NCBI GenBank assembly: GCA_963751455.1
Contig: CAVVUN010000015.1
Coordinates: 1,568,001 to 1,632,000, forward strand
Direction: 5' to 3'
Length of the DNA: 64,000 bases
Source of the DNA: Nitrospirota bacterium
GTDB lineage: Bacteria > Nitrospirota > UBA9217
The notes beneath the pieces are model-generated. The model searched no databases and had not been told where the DNA came from. It worked only from the letters and a program-made list of their open reading frames with translations. Of this stretch, positions 1-9,804 are shown in pieces (within the stretch, counting starts at the first letter, position 1; the number at the start of each line of letters is the position of its first letter). Both the position numbers and the translations under genes were made by a program.

Positions 1-636
1 CGGATCCTGCGTTCGGCGCTCTGGCAGTGGAAAAAAAACCTGCGTTGGGCGACGCGCATTGCATCCGCCATCGGGTCCGCATTCGGCGTTCTCCTCATTG
101 CCGTCGGCATCTTTAACGTAATCATGGGCCGCATCGTGAGCGGCATCTGGCAATTCATGATCGGTATGTTTCTTCGAAACGCAGCTCAGATGTCATATCG
201 CCAGGTGCTGATCCGCAGGGCGCTGGAAGGAGAAACCGTGGGGCGCTTCATGAAGACTGAGCCGGTTACAGCTCCTTCTGAGATTTCCCTGCAGGAACTC
301 GTGGACAAGTATATTTATGCACACCATTATAAGATGTACCCCGTTGTCGATGACGGCAAGCTTATCGGCTGCGTTACCATGCGCCAGGTAAAGAACGTAC
401 CCCATGAGCAGTGGAAGGAGCGCACGGTCAGGGATGTCGCAAATCAGTGTTCTTCGGAAAATTCGATCAGTCCGGGAGCGGATGCGCTCAGGGCCTTGGC
501 AGTGATGAGCAGAACGGGCAACGGCCGTTTGATGGTCGTTGACGAAGGACGCCTGGTCGGTATTATAACGCTCAAGGACATCATGGGATTTCTTTCGGCA
601 AAAATCGACCTGGGGGGCTTTGAAAACAGCCGGTAA
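1..636 (+). CDS. Site-2 protease (peptidase M50) family protein with C-terminal CBS pair, 5'-partial
   Basis: Frame is open from base 1 (RILRSALWQWKKNLRWATRIA..., typical of the segment after the M50 DGG motif). Hydrophobic helices are followed by two CBS motifs (YPVVDDGKLIGCVT, LMVVDEGRLVGIIT). Confidence 0.85.
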   Translation, partial: RILRSALWQWKKNLRWATRIASAIGSAFGVLLIAVGIFNVIMGRIVSGIWQFMIGMFLRNAAQMSYRQVLIRRALEGETVGRFMKTEPVTAPSEISLQELVDKYIYAHHYKMYPVVDDGKLIGCVTMRQVKNVPHEQWKERTVRDVANQCSSENSISPGADALRALAVMSRTGNGRLMVVDEGRLVGIITLKDIMGFLSAKIDLGGFENSR

Positions 637-844
637 TTTCATCGCGTCAGATTACTTCCTTCAAAAAAACCAACGTCCGCGACCATCCAACCTAAGCGTC
701 GTATTGACGGCGAATATCCTCACAAAATATCATGCAAAGCGCGGAAAACTACTGTATACTTTAAAACAGGACAAGATAAGTCTTAATTAGGGCTGTTAGC
801 GATCCCGGCCGGCTATGCGTGAAGGGGAGATGCCTTGAAGAGGC

Positions 845-1843
845 CTACGCGGCCACGAATTGAAAGATATATTTCAGGGCAAGAGATACGAGCATGACGC
901 CAAGAATCAACTTTATGAATTTCTGAGGCATGTATTTTTGAAGTCGTGCTCCGATATACATCCCGGCAAAGCCCCCGAGGCCGAACAGGAAGCCCAGCGC
1001 CCAGTCAGGCGCGGTGGAGATTCCGCTTGCTGCGGGCAGCACGCTGTAAAAGAAGACGCCCACGATTGAAGTAAGAAACGTTCCGAGCAGGGCAGCGCCT
1101 GCCACAGTATAGACCGGCAGTTGGAAAACGGCCACGCAGAACGGCGCAATGATGGCGCCTCCGCCGATTCCATATGTTCCGCCGATGATGCCCACGACCA
1201 GGGCGAGGAGGAACATTGCCGGCACGCTGAAGCTGAAGCGCTCGCCCCAGAATTCATATTCGATTCTTCGGGCGTTGAACGTTATGGTCCTGACTACCGC
1301 GTCCGGGGGAAGACCTGCGGCTGCCTGGGATTGCCGTTGTTCCTTGATTCGCTTGGCCCGCTCGGCGAATTTTTTGTCCAGTTCGCTTAATTTAGCCTTG
1401 CTGATTTGGGCCGAACCGGTCATCTCGTACAGCAGTCTGCCGCCTATATAGAGAAGGACGAGCCCTACAAAGAACTTGAACGCGCGCGGATCAGGAAGAT
1501 AGAGGATGCGGAGATAATAACCGATGAAAACACCCGGCAGAGTGCCGATGATGACCACCCAGGTAAGCGGCCAGGCCATCCGGCCTTCCTTGAAATAGCG
1601 GTATACCCCGCTGGGAATAGCAACTATATTGTACACAAAATTCGTTGAGCTGACAGCGGGGCTGGTAAAACCGAGGACGCTCATCTGAAAGGGGAGGAGG
1701 ATAAAAGCGCCTGAAACGCCGGCCATCGAGGTGAATGTAGAGACGACGAGCGCTACGAGCGGAGGGACAAAAACCCATGTTTTTACGCCTGAAACAGGAA
1801 AGAGCGAGTACAGGGCTATCCATGAGTTCGCAGTATACCACAA
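845..1843 (-). CDS. Sulfite exporter TauE/SafE family membrane protein
   Basis: Multi-TM protein with repeated TauE motifs SMAGVSGAFILLP and GGTYGIGGGAIIAP. Start is uncertain; an ATG at 1823 in another frame suggests an indel near the 5' end. Confidence 0.85.
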   Translation of the reverse strand: MWYTANSWIALYSLFPVSGVKTWVFVPPLVALVVSTFTSMAGVSGAFILLPFQMSVLGFTSPAVSSTNFVYNIVAIPSGVYRYFKEGRMAWPLTWVVIIGTLPGVFIGYYLRILYLPDPRAFKFFVGLVLLYIGGRLLYEMTGSAQISKAKLSELDKKFAERAKRIKEQRQSQAAAGLPPDAVVRTITFNARRIEYEFWGERFSFSVPAMFLLALVVGIIGGTYGIGGGAIIAPFCVAVFQLPVYTVAGAALLGTFLTSIVGVFFYSVLPAASGISTAPDWALGFLFGLGGFAGMYIGARLQKYMPQKFIKLILGVMLVSLALKYIFQFVAA

Positions 1844-1986
1844 AAATTGGCCGGGTCAATTGCAAAAAACGCATTCGTAGCTCGGTTTATTGCCCCGTGC
1901 GGCGTGGAACGAGGACCCGCGAAATCTTTTTTTTGTGATTTAAATTACAGTTTACAGGTAAAAGAAGATTACAATTATAATACCGT

Positions 1987-2014
1987 TTGACGCAATGATT
2001 GATTTTGCTATAAT
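1987..2014 (+). promoter_or_regulatory. Sigma70-type promoter of the sigma factor gene
   Basis: TTGACG-N16-TATAAT with an extended -10 TG (TGCTATAAT), about 30 bp upstream of the ATG. Confidence 0.7.
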
Positions 2015-2046
2015 CTAAGCAGAGCCATAATAGAAAGGTAGAATGG

Positions 2047-3399
2047 ATGGGCAAAATGGCATTATCTCAAGATAAAAACATACCGGAAGGAGTACCCGAG
2101 GACGTTCTTGAGGAACTTGTGGAAGAGCTTGATGAGGACCATGAAGAAGAACCGTCCTTCGTAGAAGTCGCCGAGGCCGCAGTGGAAGAAGTGAGCGGCG
2201 CCGACCTGGTTGATACCTATCTGAAAACTGTCGGCAAATTTCCGATGCTCAAAATCGAGAAGGAGCAGGAATATGTACGCGTGCTTGAAGACGGAAAAGC
2301 GGAACTCAAGAAGATCGCCTTGGGGTCGCCGCTCGCCATTCCGCGGATTCTCGCGCTTGGCGCTAATATCAAACAGGGCCTGGTGAAGGCCCAGGACGTA
2401 CTTCGGTTCCCGGGAGAATGGAAGGATTCGTTTGAAACCGAGTTCATGCGCCTGTACAACCGGTTGAAGCGGCAGGTTGCGCGCCGCGATATGGAGCGGG
2501 CCACAGTTACTCTAAACGAAATGAGCCTCTCGTTCCGAGAGATAGAAAAGATGCTGAAACGGATTATGTTCATCGGCAAGCAGGTGGAGCGCGGCATTCC
2601 CGGGGAAATGGAAAAGCTCGGCCTGGACGAGCCCGCGCTGCGCGACATGGTTGCCCGCATCGAGCATGCAGACATCAATGTCAAAATAGCCAAGGACGAG
2701 TTGATCAAGGCCAATCTGCGGCTCGTTGTGTCCATAGCGAAGAAATACGTAAACCGCGGTTTGACGCTGCTCGATCTCATCCAGGAAGGCAACATCGGCC
2801 TGATGAAAGCTGCGGACCGCTATGAATCCGGAAAAGGAACAAAGTTCAGCACGTATTCGACCTGGTGGATCAGGCAGCGTATCACGCGCGCTATCCTCGA
2901 CCAGGCACGCACCATCCGGCTCCCGGTCCATCTGATCGAAGAAAGCACCCGGATCAGCAGGATTTATACAAAATTCATGCGCGAGAAGGGGAGGGAGCCG
3001 GCGCCCGAAGAGATCGCGAAGATCATGGGGCTTTCGGTTACACGCGTAACGGAAATTCTGCGTGCCATCCAGGAGCCTGTTTCTCTGGAGACGCCGATCC
3101 TGTCCGAGGAGAAAGAGCTGAAGGACGTCATCGTTGATGAAAAGTCGATCTCGCCTTTCAAGACGTTGGAGAACAATGAGGCCGCCCACCGCATTGAGGA
3201 AGTACTCTCATCGCTTTCCGAGCGGGAAGAGAAAATAATCCGCATGAGGTTCGGCATAGGGATAGGCACTGAGCATACGCTTGAAGAAGTGGGAAAGTTC
3301 TTTAATTTGACCAGGGAACGTATCAGGCAGATCGAAATCAAAGCTCTGAAGAAATTGCGCCATCCGGCGCGAAGCAGGCTGCTCAGGGAGTACGTGTAA
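2047..3399 (+). CDS. RNA polymerase sigma70 factor, RpoD/SigA family (possibly a secondary paralogue)
   Basis: Region 2 motifs [38 protein letters not shown]; region 4 [30 protein letters not shown]. Confidence 0.93.
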   Translation: MGKMALSQDKNIPEGVPEDVLEELVEELDEDHEEEPSFVEVAEAAVEEVSGADLVDTYLKTVGKFPMLKIEKEQEYVRVLEDGKAELKKIALGSPLAIPRILALGANIKQGLVKAQDVLRFPGEWKDSFETEFMRLYNRLKRQVARRDMERATVTLNEMSLSFREIEKMLKRIMFIGKQVERGIPGEMEKLGLDEPALRDMVARIEHADINVKIAKDELIKANLRLVVSIAKKYVNRGLTLLDLIQEGNIGLMKAADRYESGKGTKFSTYSTWWIRQRITRAILDQARTIRLPVHLIEESTRISRIYTKFMREKGREPAPEEIAKIMGLSVTRVTEILRAIQEPVSLETPILSEEKELKDVIVDEKSISPFKTLENNEAAHRIEEVLSSLSEREEKIIRMRFGIGIGTEHTLEEVGKFFNLTRERIRQIEIKALKKLRHPARSRLLREYV

Positions 3400-3417
3400 T
3401 TACAAGCTGTCACGCGG

Positions 3418-3500
3418 GCCCACAAAAGAGACGTGTCTTTTGGGCGGTTGAATGCCGGTTTCAAACGGCGATCACCTGCCGAAAATGACACGTTTTTTTT
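3418..3500. terminator. Putative bidirectional intrinsic terminator between convergent genes
   Basis: AAAAGAGACGTGTCTTTTGGGC pairs with GCCGAAAATGACACGTTTTTTTT, ending in a T-tract. An alternative short hairpin CAAAAGA/TCTTTTG is also possible. Confidence 0.5.
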
Positions 3501-3506
3501 GGTCCG

Positions 3507-3953
3507 CTAATCGTTCGTATTCGATATGAATTCGATATCGGACACAATACGGGAGGCTTCATCGAGGGAAGGATGATCGTTTTCCGGGTTGCAAACGTAG
3601 GCGGCCATAAGCGCTCTTGTCCGGTCCACCAGGAACCATACCCTCCAGTGAGTAGGTTCTTCCTTTTCCCGGTATGTATAGTCGAGGGTCGCTATACCCA
3701 AGGGCCCCTGTTCCTCGACCTTGACCGCTTCACGGGGAAACGGAATATCGCGCTCTTCCAGCGTATCTTCAAGAAGTACTCTTGCCGCTTTTGCAGGCGG
3801 TGTTTTTGTCTCTTCGCGCTCTATGAATGAAAGCTGCAGCATTCCTGGCCAGCCGTTCTTCTCGAGCAGCACAAACCCCATTTCCTCCCGTTCGCTCCAT
3901 CCATCCGGCAGGAAAAGGTTGATCCATCTTTCATACGTGACTTTTTTACCCAT
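3507..3953 (-). CDS. Hypothetical protein (DUF3805/PsbP-like fold possible)
   Basis: 148-aa ORF from ATG 3953 with LFLPDGWSE near the N-terminus and HWRVWF later. Family assignment is by resemblance only. Confidence 0.55.
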   Translation of the reverse strand: MGKKVTYERWINLFLPDGWSEREEMGFVLLEKNGWPGMLQLSFIEREETKTPPAKAARVLLEDTLEERDIPFPREAVKVEEQGPLGIATLDYTYREKEEPTHWRVWFLVDRTRALMAAYVCNPENDHPSLDEASRIVSDIEFISNTND

Positions 3954-4028
3954 GGTAAGAGATTGTATCTGAGTCAAGTGAGGCAGTCAAATGAGTTTCG
4001 TAAATAGGGTCTAAAGAACTGTTTATAT

Positions 4029-4367
4029 CCCTTGATTCCCGTCTCCTGCTTCCCAAGGAGATGGTAGGTAAAGGGTCTATGGTTCACCCTTGATTCCCGT
4101 CTCCTGCTTCCCAAGGAGATGGTAGGTAAAGGGTCTATGGTTCACCCTTGATTCCCGTCTCCTGCTTCCCAAGGAGATGGTAGGTAAAGGGTCTATGGTT
4201 CACCCCTTGATTCCCGTCTCCTGTTTCCCAAGGAGATGGTAGGTAAAGGGTCTATGGTTCCCCTTGATTCCCGTCTCCTGGTTCTCAAGGAGATGGTAGG
4301 TAAAGGGTCTATGGTTCACCTTGATTCCCGTCTCCTGCTTCTCAAGGAGATGATACGTCAAGGGTCT
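4029..4367. repeat. Tandem array of 6 hairpin-forming ~58-bp units
   Basis: Unit CCCTTGATTCCCGTCTCCTGCTTCCCAAGGAGATGGTAGGTAAAGGGTCTATGGTTCA. TTGA anchors at 4032, 4090, 4148, 4207, 4264, 4321 (periods 58,58,59,57,57). No unique spacers. Confidence 0.95.
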
Positions 4368-4407
4368 CACCCGTTCCTCAGGAAGGGTGAACAATGGGTG
4401 AGCATCA

Positions 4408-4935
4408 TTAAATGAATTGTAACTGCTCCAGTTTGTCGATAATTCTGTCAACGCCTGTTTCCGGCCCGGCCTCTCCGCTGACTGTAAGCTCTGGTTTAAC
4501 AGGGGGTTCGTACGGTATCTGGATTCCGGGCACTGTTACGGCGCGGCCGGAGGTCGCACTGGCATATATCCCTTTCGGGTCTCGTCTCATGCAGATATCA
4601 AGCGGACAGTCGACGTAGACTTCAAGGAACCTGGAGATCAGACCGCGGGCATGGTCACGGTACGCCCGTTTTCCCGCTGTCGCATCGAAGATTACATTGA
4701 CGCCGCTCGCAATGATCCGTTCACCGATCAATACCAGCGCCCGGTAAAACTGGTCTCTCTCTTCCAGCCTGTATGTCGGTTCCGGTGTAAGGATCTTTCT
4801 CATCTCGTCCGATTCCAGCGTAACCACAGGTACACCGAGCTCGTTTAAGCGTTTTACCAGCTCACGTGCAATGGTGCTCTTGCCGGATGCCGGAAGTCCC
4901 GTTATCCACACTCCAAATCCCGCTTGTCCCCTCAT
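4408..4935 (-). CDS. cysC: Adenylylsulfate kinase (CysC)-like P-loop kinase
   Basis: WITGLPASGKSTIA Walker A, then LESDEMRKIL, EVYVDCPLDICMRRDPKGIY, PGIQIPYEPP. Confidence 0.75.
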   Translation of the reverse strand: MRGQAGFGVWITGLPASGKSTIARELVKRLNELGVPVVTLESDEMRKILTPEPTYRLEERDQFYRALVLIGERIIASGVNVIFDATAGKRAYRDHARGLISRFLEVYVDCPLDICMRRDPKGIYASATSGRAVTVPGIQIPYEPPVKPELTVSGEAGPETGVDRIIDKLEQLQFI

Positions 4936-6014
4936 GCAAGGTACCTGTTGACGTCTTTGGGATCGAACCGGTCCGATCCAAGGACATTTTCAATAAAAGA
5001 GAATATTTTTTTACGGATATCCAGTGACAGATGCGGGTACCAGACAGGGCTGGCAATTACCAAACCGCGCCACGCGTAAAAGGGAGCAATTACCTCGAGC
5101 ATCTCGCGGTCCCCGGTCCCGGCAAGGTAGTTTTCCCAGAACAGGTGATAGAGTTTTTCAAAATCGCCTTGAAAAGCGCCGGACTGCTGCAGCGAAAAAA
5201 AGATAAAATTAATGGTCATCGTGGCTACATCGTCCGCGGCCTCGCCCCATTCCCCCCTGGAGCGGTCAAGCACCGTGAAATCGGCGCCGCTGCGAAACAG
5301 AATATTCCAGGGGTGGAAGTCGCCGTGGACGCGGCAGAGCCGGTGTGATCTTTTTTTGATGCGCCAGCGCCATTCGACGCATGTTGTTTCGATCCGCTTC
5401 AGAGCCACCTGGCCAATGGATTCCAACTTTGGGTAATTATCGATAATTCCCATGATGCATTCGCCGTGGCCGAGAAGCTCCCGAATTCGACGGGCATACA
5501 GGCCGGGAGAATCATGCTTGTCCTGATGCACTTTCACGAGATAATCCGAGAGAGCGGCTGTCCGCATGAAGTCGGCGTCAGCTACCCGTGCTCCGTCCCT
5601 GATCCGTTCAAGATCCTTGAAATATCCTGCACCGTCCACAAACTCTGAAAGAAGAAAAAATTCCTGAGCCTTGCCGGTTGATATCATTTTCCCGGACTCC
5701 AGAAACGCTCCGCTGTCGATAGAGCGCACGTGGCGCAGCAGGGCGTTAAAGGCGGAGTGTTCCCAGAGAATGGTTTGTGCCCTGTCCGAGAAATGGTCGT
5801 GTCCGTAGAAGGAAGGCGCAATGGTTTCGAGCACTGCCTTTTTCCGTTCTCCCCGTACTTCATATTCAACAAAAAGAGGGGAGCCATACCCATAGCCCTT
5901 GAGATCATCTCCTTCTTCCTGGGCGCCGTGTGTAGACACTGAAAAAACACGGACCGGTGTTTCGTACAGGGACTGCAGATACTTGGTGAGCGAATCAAGC
6001 TTGATGGCTGGCAT
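4932..6014 (-). CDS. Aminoglycoside phosphotransferase (APH/choline kinase-like) family protein
   Basis: Brenner motif VHGDFHPWNIL plus VLDRSR. GAGGAG RBS before ATG 6014; 4-bp overlap with the cysC-like gene. Confidence 0.8.
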   Translation of the reverse strand: MPAIKLDSLTKYLQSLYETPVRVFSVSTHGAQEEGDDLKGYGYGSPLFVEYEVRGERKKAVLETIAPSFYGHDHFSDRAQTILWEHSAFNALLRHVRSIDSGAFLESGKMISTGKAQEFFLLSEFVDGAGYFKDLERIRDGARVADADFMRTAALSDYLVKVHQDKHDSPGLYARRIRELLGHGECIMGIIDNYPKLESIGQVALKRIETTCVEWRWRIKKRSHRLCRVHGDFHPWNILFRSGADFTVLDRSRGEWGEAADDVATMTINFIFFSLQQSGAFQGDFEKLYHLFWENYLAGTGDREMLEVIAPFYAWRGLVIASPVWYPHLSLDIRKKIFSFIENVLGSDRFDPKDVNRYLA

Positions 6015-6218
6015 TGTCTCCTCGTATGAGATCTTTCCTGGTCGCCGTGGGTCATTACAAGCGTCCGCTTGCAACAAAATATCCCGAATATCAGCTTTGA
6101 TTACTTAGGTTGTCTCAGATTGTGGTTAAGAACGATACTGCTTAAATTGTAGCATGTCTCGAAAGAGAAAGAAGGGAATTTGAGATGAGAGGATCAATAG
6201 CGCGTCCCGGAAGGAAAC

Positions 6219-7211
6219 TTAATCATCCGCGCCGACACGCCGTAATCCTGAAGATTTAATAGGAAGCGGTTCTCCCGGATCGAAAATCTCGTCACCGTAC
6301 TTGATTCTGTATGTCAGACCCGGGACCTGTTTACTGTAGGTAATCATGGAGCCGCCCTACGGTCTGTTTAATTCCTGTGTAGCGTCCCCGTTGAGAAGGG
6401 CGACCGGACCGGAAAGCCATGAGGAGTAAACAGATGGTAGTCATGAGATGCCAGCGAAATGAGCATATTGTTCTCGCTGTTGTTGCGCCCAACTACGATC
6501 TTTACTCTTTTATCGAAACGGTAATGGCGGCCGACCGTGAGCAGGCGGATATCATTGGGATTGACATTCTGTTTATCCTCGAAAAGATCGCGCAATTTAT
6601 CCGAGAAGTTTTTATCTAAAGAGGCAGCCGCCTGCCGGGGTGGAGAAATCTTTTATGCCGTACCGGGCTGAAGCTGAAGCTGGACCGTTCTCGACCGCCC
6701 GCTTATGGCGAGCAGATTTTCCCGCCGAATCAGGCCGTTCTGTTCAGCAGCAGTCTCGGGCAGCAGCGCGGCTGAAAGAGGGCGAAGAATAAGCCCTTTC
6801 ATGCCGGCATCGCGTTCAATCACGTTCAAGGCATCACGGCGCTGCGACAGGGACGCGTCCCAGCACTTCGCCGGTCACGACAAAGGATGCATTTGCTTCA
6901 TGCATGATTGTCTTCGCATGTTTCAGCATGAGGATCTTGCAATCGATACAGGGGTTTATGTTTTTTCCGTAGCCATGCACAGGGTTGCGGACAAGGTCGA
7001 CGTACGCCTGCCCCATATCGAAGATGCGGATGTCGATGCCGATCGATTTGTAAACGGTCGCTGCATGCGTCCGGCTTTCGTTACCGTAGCTCTTGGAAAA
7101 GGCGGACGTAAAGTAGAGTGCGGAAACTTCAAAGCCCTGTTCCATGACCAGCTTTGCCGCCAGCACACTGTCAAGACCGCCCGATATCAGGGCAATTGCC
7201 TTTCTGCTCAA
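6219..7211 (-). CDS. tRNA sulfurtransferase-like PP-loop protein (ThiI/MnmA-like, DUF814-type), frameshifted
   Basis: N-terminal ALISGGLDS, GYGKNINPCIDCK and TGEVLG; downstream fragments PAGGC, VGRHYR and VVGRN in other frames. C-terminal frame ends ...RRVGADD* at 6219. Several indels. Confidence 0.7.
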
Positions 7212-7439
7212 ACTGCCTCCCTGCTACGGATATTGTAAACGTAGTATTATAAATCTCCTTAGCCTGTTTTGGCAATAGATAAGAGCGTATTCCACTATTT
7301 GTCCCTTTTTAAAAAAAGTCGGATAAGACGTTTCTTATCGTCGCTCAGTTACAGGGCCGGGCCTGTTCATCTTCTCCGAGGCAGAGACCGGTTTCTTGCC
7401 GAGAGATCGCAGAAAGGCGGAAAGTTTTGACGTGCGTAA

Positions 7440-8100
7440 TCAAATTTTTATCAACGTGCGGGCTGCCATATCCGCGCATCTCAGCGGTTCCGGAATTCGA
7501 TAGTGGCCGATGCAGCCGGTGGTTATTCTGATCGCGCCGAATACATCAATTCGGTGCCCGGGCGATATGAACAATGGTTTGACAATCCCTGGTTTGTAAG
7601 ACAGCACCGACAACACTCCCGTGGAATTTCAAAGGAGACCAACTGCCCTTCTGGGTGCCAGGTTCGTCGAATTCGCCGATTAACCTTGTCTTTGCGCACC
7701 CGATCGTCGGAATGTCGAGCAGCACGCCGAGATGGGAAGCGCTGCCGATTCCCCTGGGGTGCGCAATCCCCTGGCCGTCTATAAGAAGTACGTCCGGCTT
7801 GTTCTTTAGTTTATCAATAGCGGCGATCAATGTGGGACCTTCACGGAAGAGGAGATACCCGGGAACATAGGGAAAACCCGACTTTGACACGGCGGTTTGC
7901 TGTTCAATCAATTGAAGTTCCGGATAACTGAAAAGGCAGGCTGCCGGGATAACGTTATCTCCGGTAAAAGCAGCATCCACACCTGCAACGGATTCCGGTT
8001 CTTTTTCCAGATGCATGATTCGCACATTGCCGACGTAAATATTTTGCAGCAGGTTCGCTTCTTTAACGGTCACGGGCCATTTGATATCCGTCTGTCTCAT
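7440..8100 (-). CDS. nfi: Endonuclease V (deoxyinosine 3'-endonuclease), one frameshift near the 3' end
   Basis: [43 protein letters not shown]. The C-terminus [12 protein letters not shown]...YRIPEPLR lies in the adjacent frame and ends at 7440. Confidence 0.9.
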
Positions 8101-8270
8101 CTTTTCAGATATAATTATACTATGTACAAACAAAAATTCAATCGGCCGAAATGGATTATCCCACCCCCGCCCGGGCCTAAAAAATACCCGCAAGCCTAAT
8201 TAAAAAGAGATTCACCTTTATAAGATATCTCTAGCGGGGGAAGGCTCTACTTAACGGAGGGAGTGATTTC

Positions 8271-8735
8271 ATGCTGCTTTATCTTGTTCAACACGGTGAA
8301 GCCGGGAAAGAAGAGGAAGATCCCAAGCGCGGTTTGAGCGATAAGGGAATACATGATGTCGAAAAAATTGCAGCCTATCTCCAGAAATTGCCTGTTCGGG
8401 TAAATGAAATATACCACAGCGCCAAGCCCAGGGCGCAGCAGACTGCTGCTATACTGGCACAGCATCTTAAACCGGACAAAGGGATAAACCAGGGAGATAA
8501 TCTTCTGCCCATGGACGATCCCGGACTTTGGGCAATGCGTATCAAGGGAATGGAAGAGGACATGATGGTTGTGGGACATCTGCCGTATATGGCGAAGCTG
8601 GCGGGTCTGCTCCTGTGCGGCGACCAGGAGAAGATCGTTATTGATTTCAAGATGGGAGGTATTGTATGTCTGAAAAGATTTGAAGACGGGAACTGGTTGC
8701 TTGAGTGGATGCTGCTGCCGGGACTGATTAAATGA
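8271..8735 (+). CDS. sixA: Phosphohistidine phosphatase SixA
   Basis: LYLVQHGEA, RGLSDKG, HSAKPRAQQTA, VGHLPY; GGAGGG RBS. Confidence 0.9.
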   Translation: MLLYLVQHGEAGKEEEDPKRGLSDKGIHDVEKIAAYLQKLPVRVNEIYHSAKPRAQQTAAILAQHLKPDKGINQGDNLLPMDDPGLWAMRIKGMEEDMMVVGHLPYMAKLAGLLLCGDQEKIVIDFKMGGIVCLKRFEDGNWLLEWMLLPGLIK

Positions 8736-9171
8736 ATCGGAAGAAGCGGATTATACAAACTTATAAACGAAAGTATTAGGATATTTTTTTAAGTTGTTCG
8801 ATTTCACCTGCGCAAACGGAACAGAACCAGACCGAGCCTTTCCCTGATATTCCCACATAAGCTTCCGGAATCATCCTGGTCCGTTCAGACTCTCGTGCGG
8901 ATATTCACCTTTCCTGATCCCATTGCGCTCGTTGAAGTAACATGCAGCTGACAGTCCGCATTCCGGAAACGATTAATTTTTCTGTTCTGCGCGCAAACTG
9001 AGTACTCATGACAGTTACCCCTGCAAGAGAATCCAAATGATGAAATGAGCTTAAGCTAAAACCACAATAAAAAGAAGCGGCCTGAGTCTGATTTTTTTGC
9101 AGGATTATAACTGAATGTCATGTAGGTGTTAGTCTTACACGCTTGAGCGGTTAAGGGGCGTAAACAGGGGC

Positions 9172-9804
9172 TCACTGAGCAAGCTTGTTTTCGAGCGCAT
9201 AGCGCGTCAGTTCCGAGTTGTTCTTCATTTCCATTTTTTCGAGAAGGCGCATGCGGTAGGTGCTTACGGTCTTTATGCTGAGCGACAGCTCCTCTCCGAT
9301 CTGTTTCACAGTTTTCCCCGAGGCAATCATGCAGAGCACCTGAAATTCCCGGTCTGAAAGCCGTTCATGAGGGTATGTTTCAAACTTAACTCCCACGCGA
9401 TCTGCGAGTTTTTCGGCAAGAAAAGCGCTCACATATTTTCCTCCGGAGTTAACTTTTCTTATCGCCGCAATTAATTCGTCAGGTGCACTGTCCTTGGTAA
9501 GATAGCCGGATGCTCCGGATTTAAGAGCGCGAACTGCGTACTGCTCCTCCGGAAACATACTCAGCATGAGGACGGCCAGCGAAGGTTTTTGTCGTTTCAA
9601 TTCCTTCAGGATCTCAAGTCCATCCTTGCCGGGCATGGAAATGTCCAGCAACAGCATATCGTAATTTTTTTTCGCAAGTTTCGCATAGATCTCGTCGCCG
9701 TTGCCCGCTTCATCGGCCACCACGATGTCCGGAGTTTCGGCAAGTATCTGTTTTATGCCTTTTCTTACGACCGCATGATCGTCCGCAATCAGTAATTTAA
9801 TCAT
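9172..9804 (-). CDS. NarL/UvrY-type response regulator (REC + LuxR HTH)
   Basis: MIKLLIADDHAVVRKG...LLDISMPG...LSDREFQVLCMIASGKTVKQIGEELSLSIKTVSTY. Has its own GGAGGA RBS 7 nt upstream of ATG 9804. Confidence 0.92.
   Translation of the reverse strand: MIKLLIADDHAVVRKGIKQILAETPDIVVADEAGNGDEIYAKLAKKNYDMLLLDISMPGKDGLEILKELKRQKPSLAVLMLSMFPEEQYAVRALKSGASGYLTKDSAPDELIAAIRKVNSGGKYVSAFLAEKLADRVGVKFETYPHERLSDREFQVLCMIASGKTVKQIGEELSLSIKTVSTYRMRLLEKMEMKNNSELTRYALENKLAQ

Noticed and set aside
4029-4367. CRISPR array
   Set aside because: Units are contiguous and near-identical with no unique spacers, and there are no cas genes in the window.
4200-4451. 83-aa ORF with 19-aa repeats (RPFTYHLL.KQETGIK)
   Set aside because: It is a translation of the tandem repeat; periods of 58 and 59 bp break the frame, and it overlaps the cysC-like gene.
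8780-9010. Possible small gene between sixA and the regulator
   Set aside because: Only short, stop-interrupted frames with no recognisable motif.
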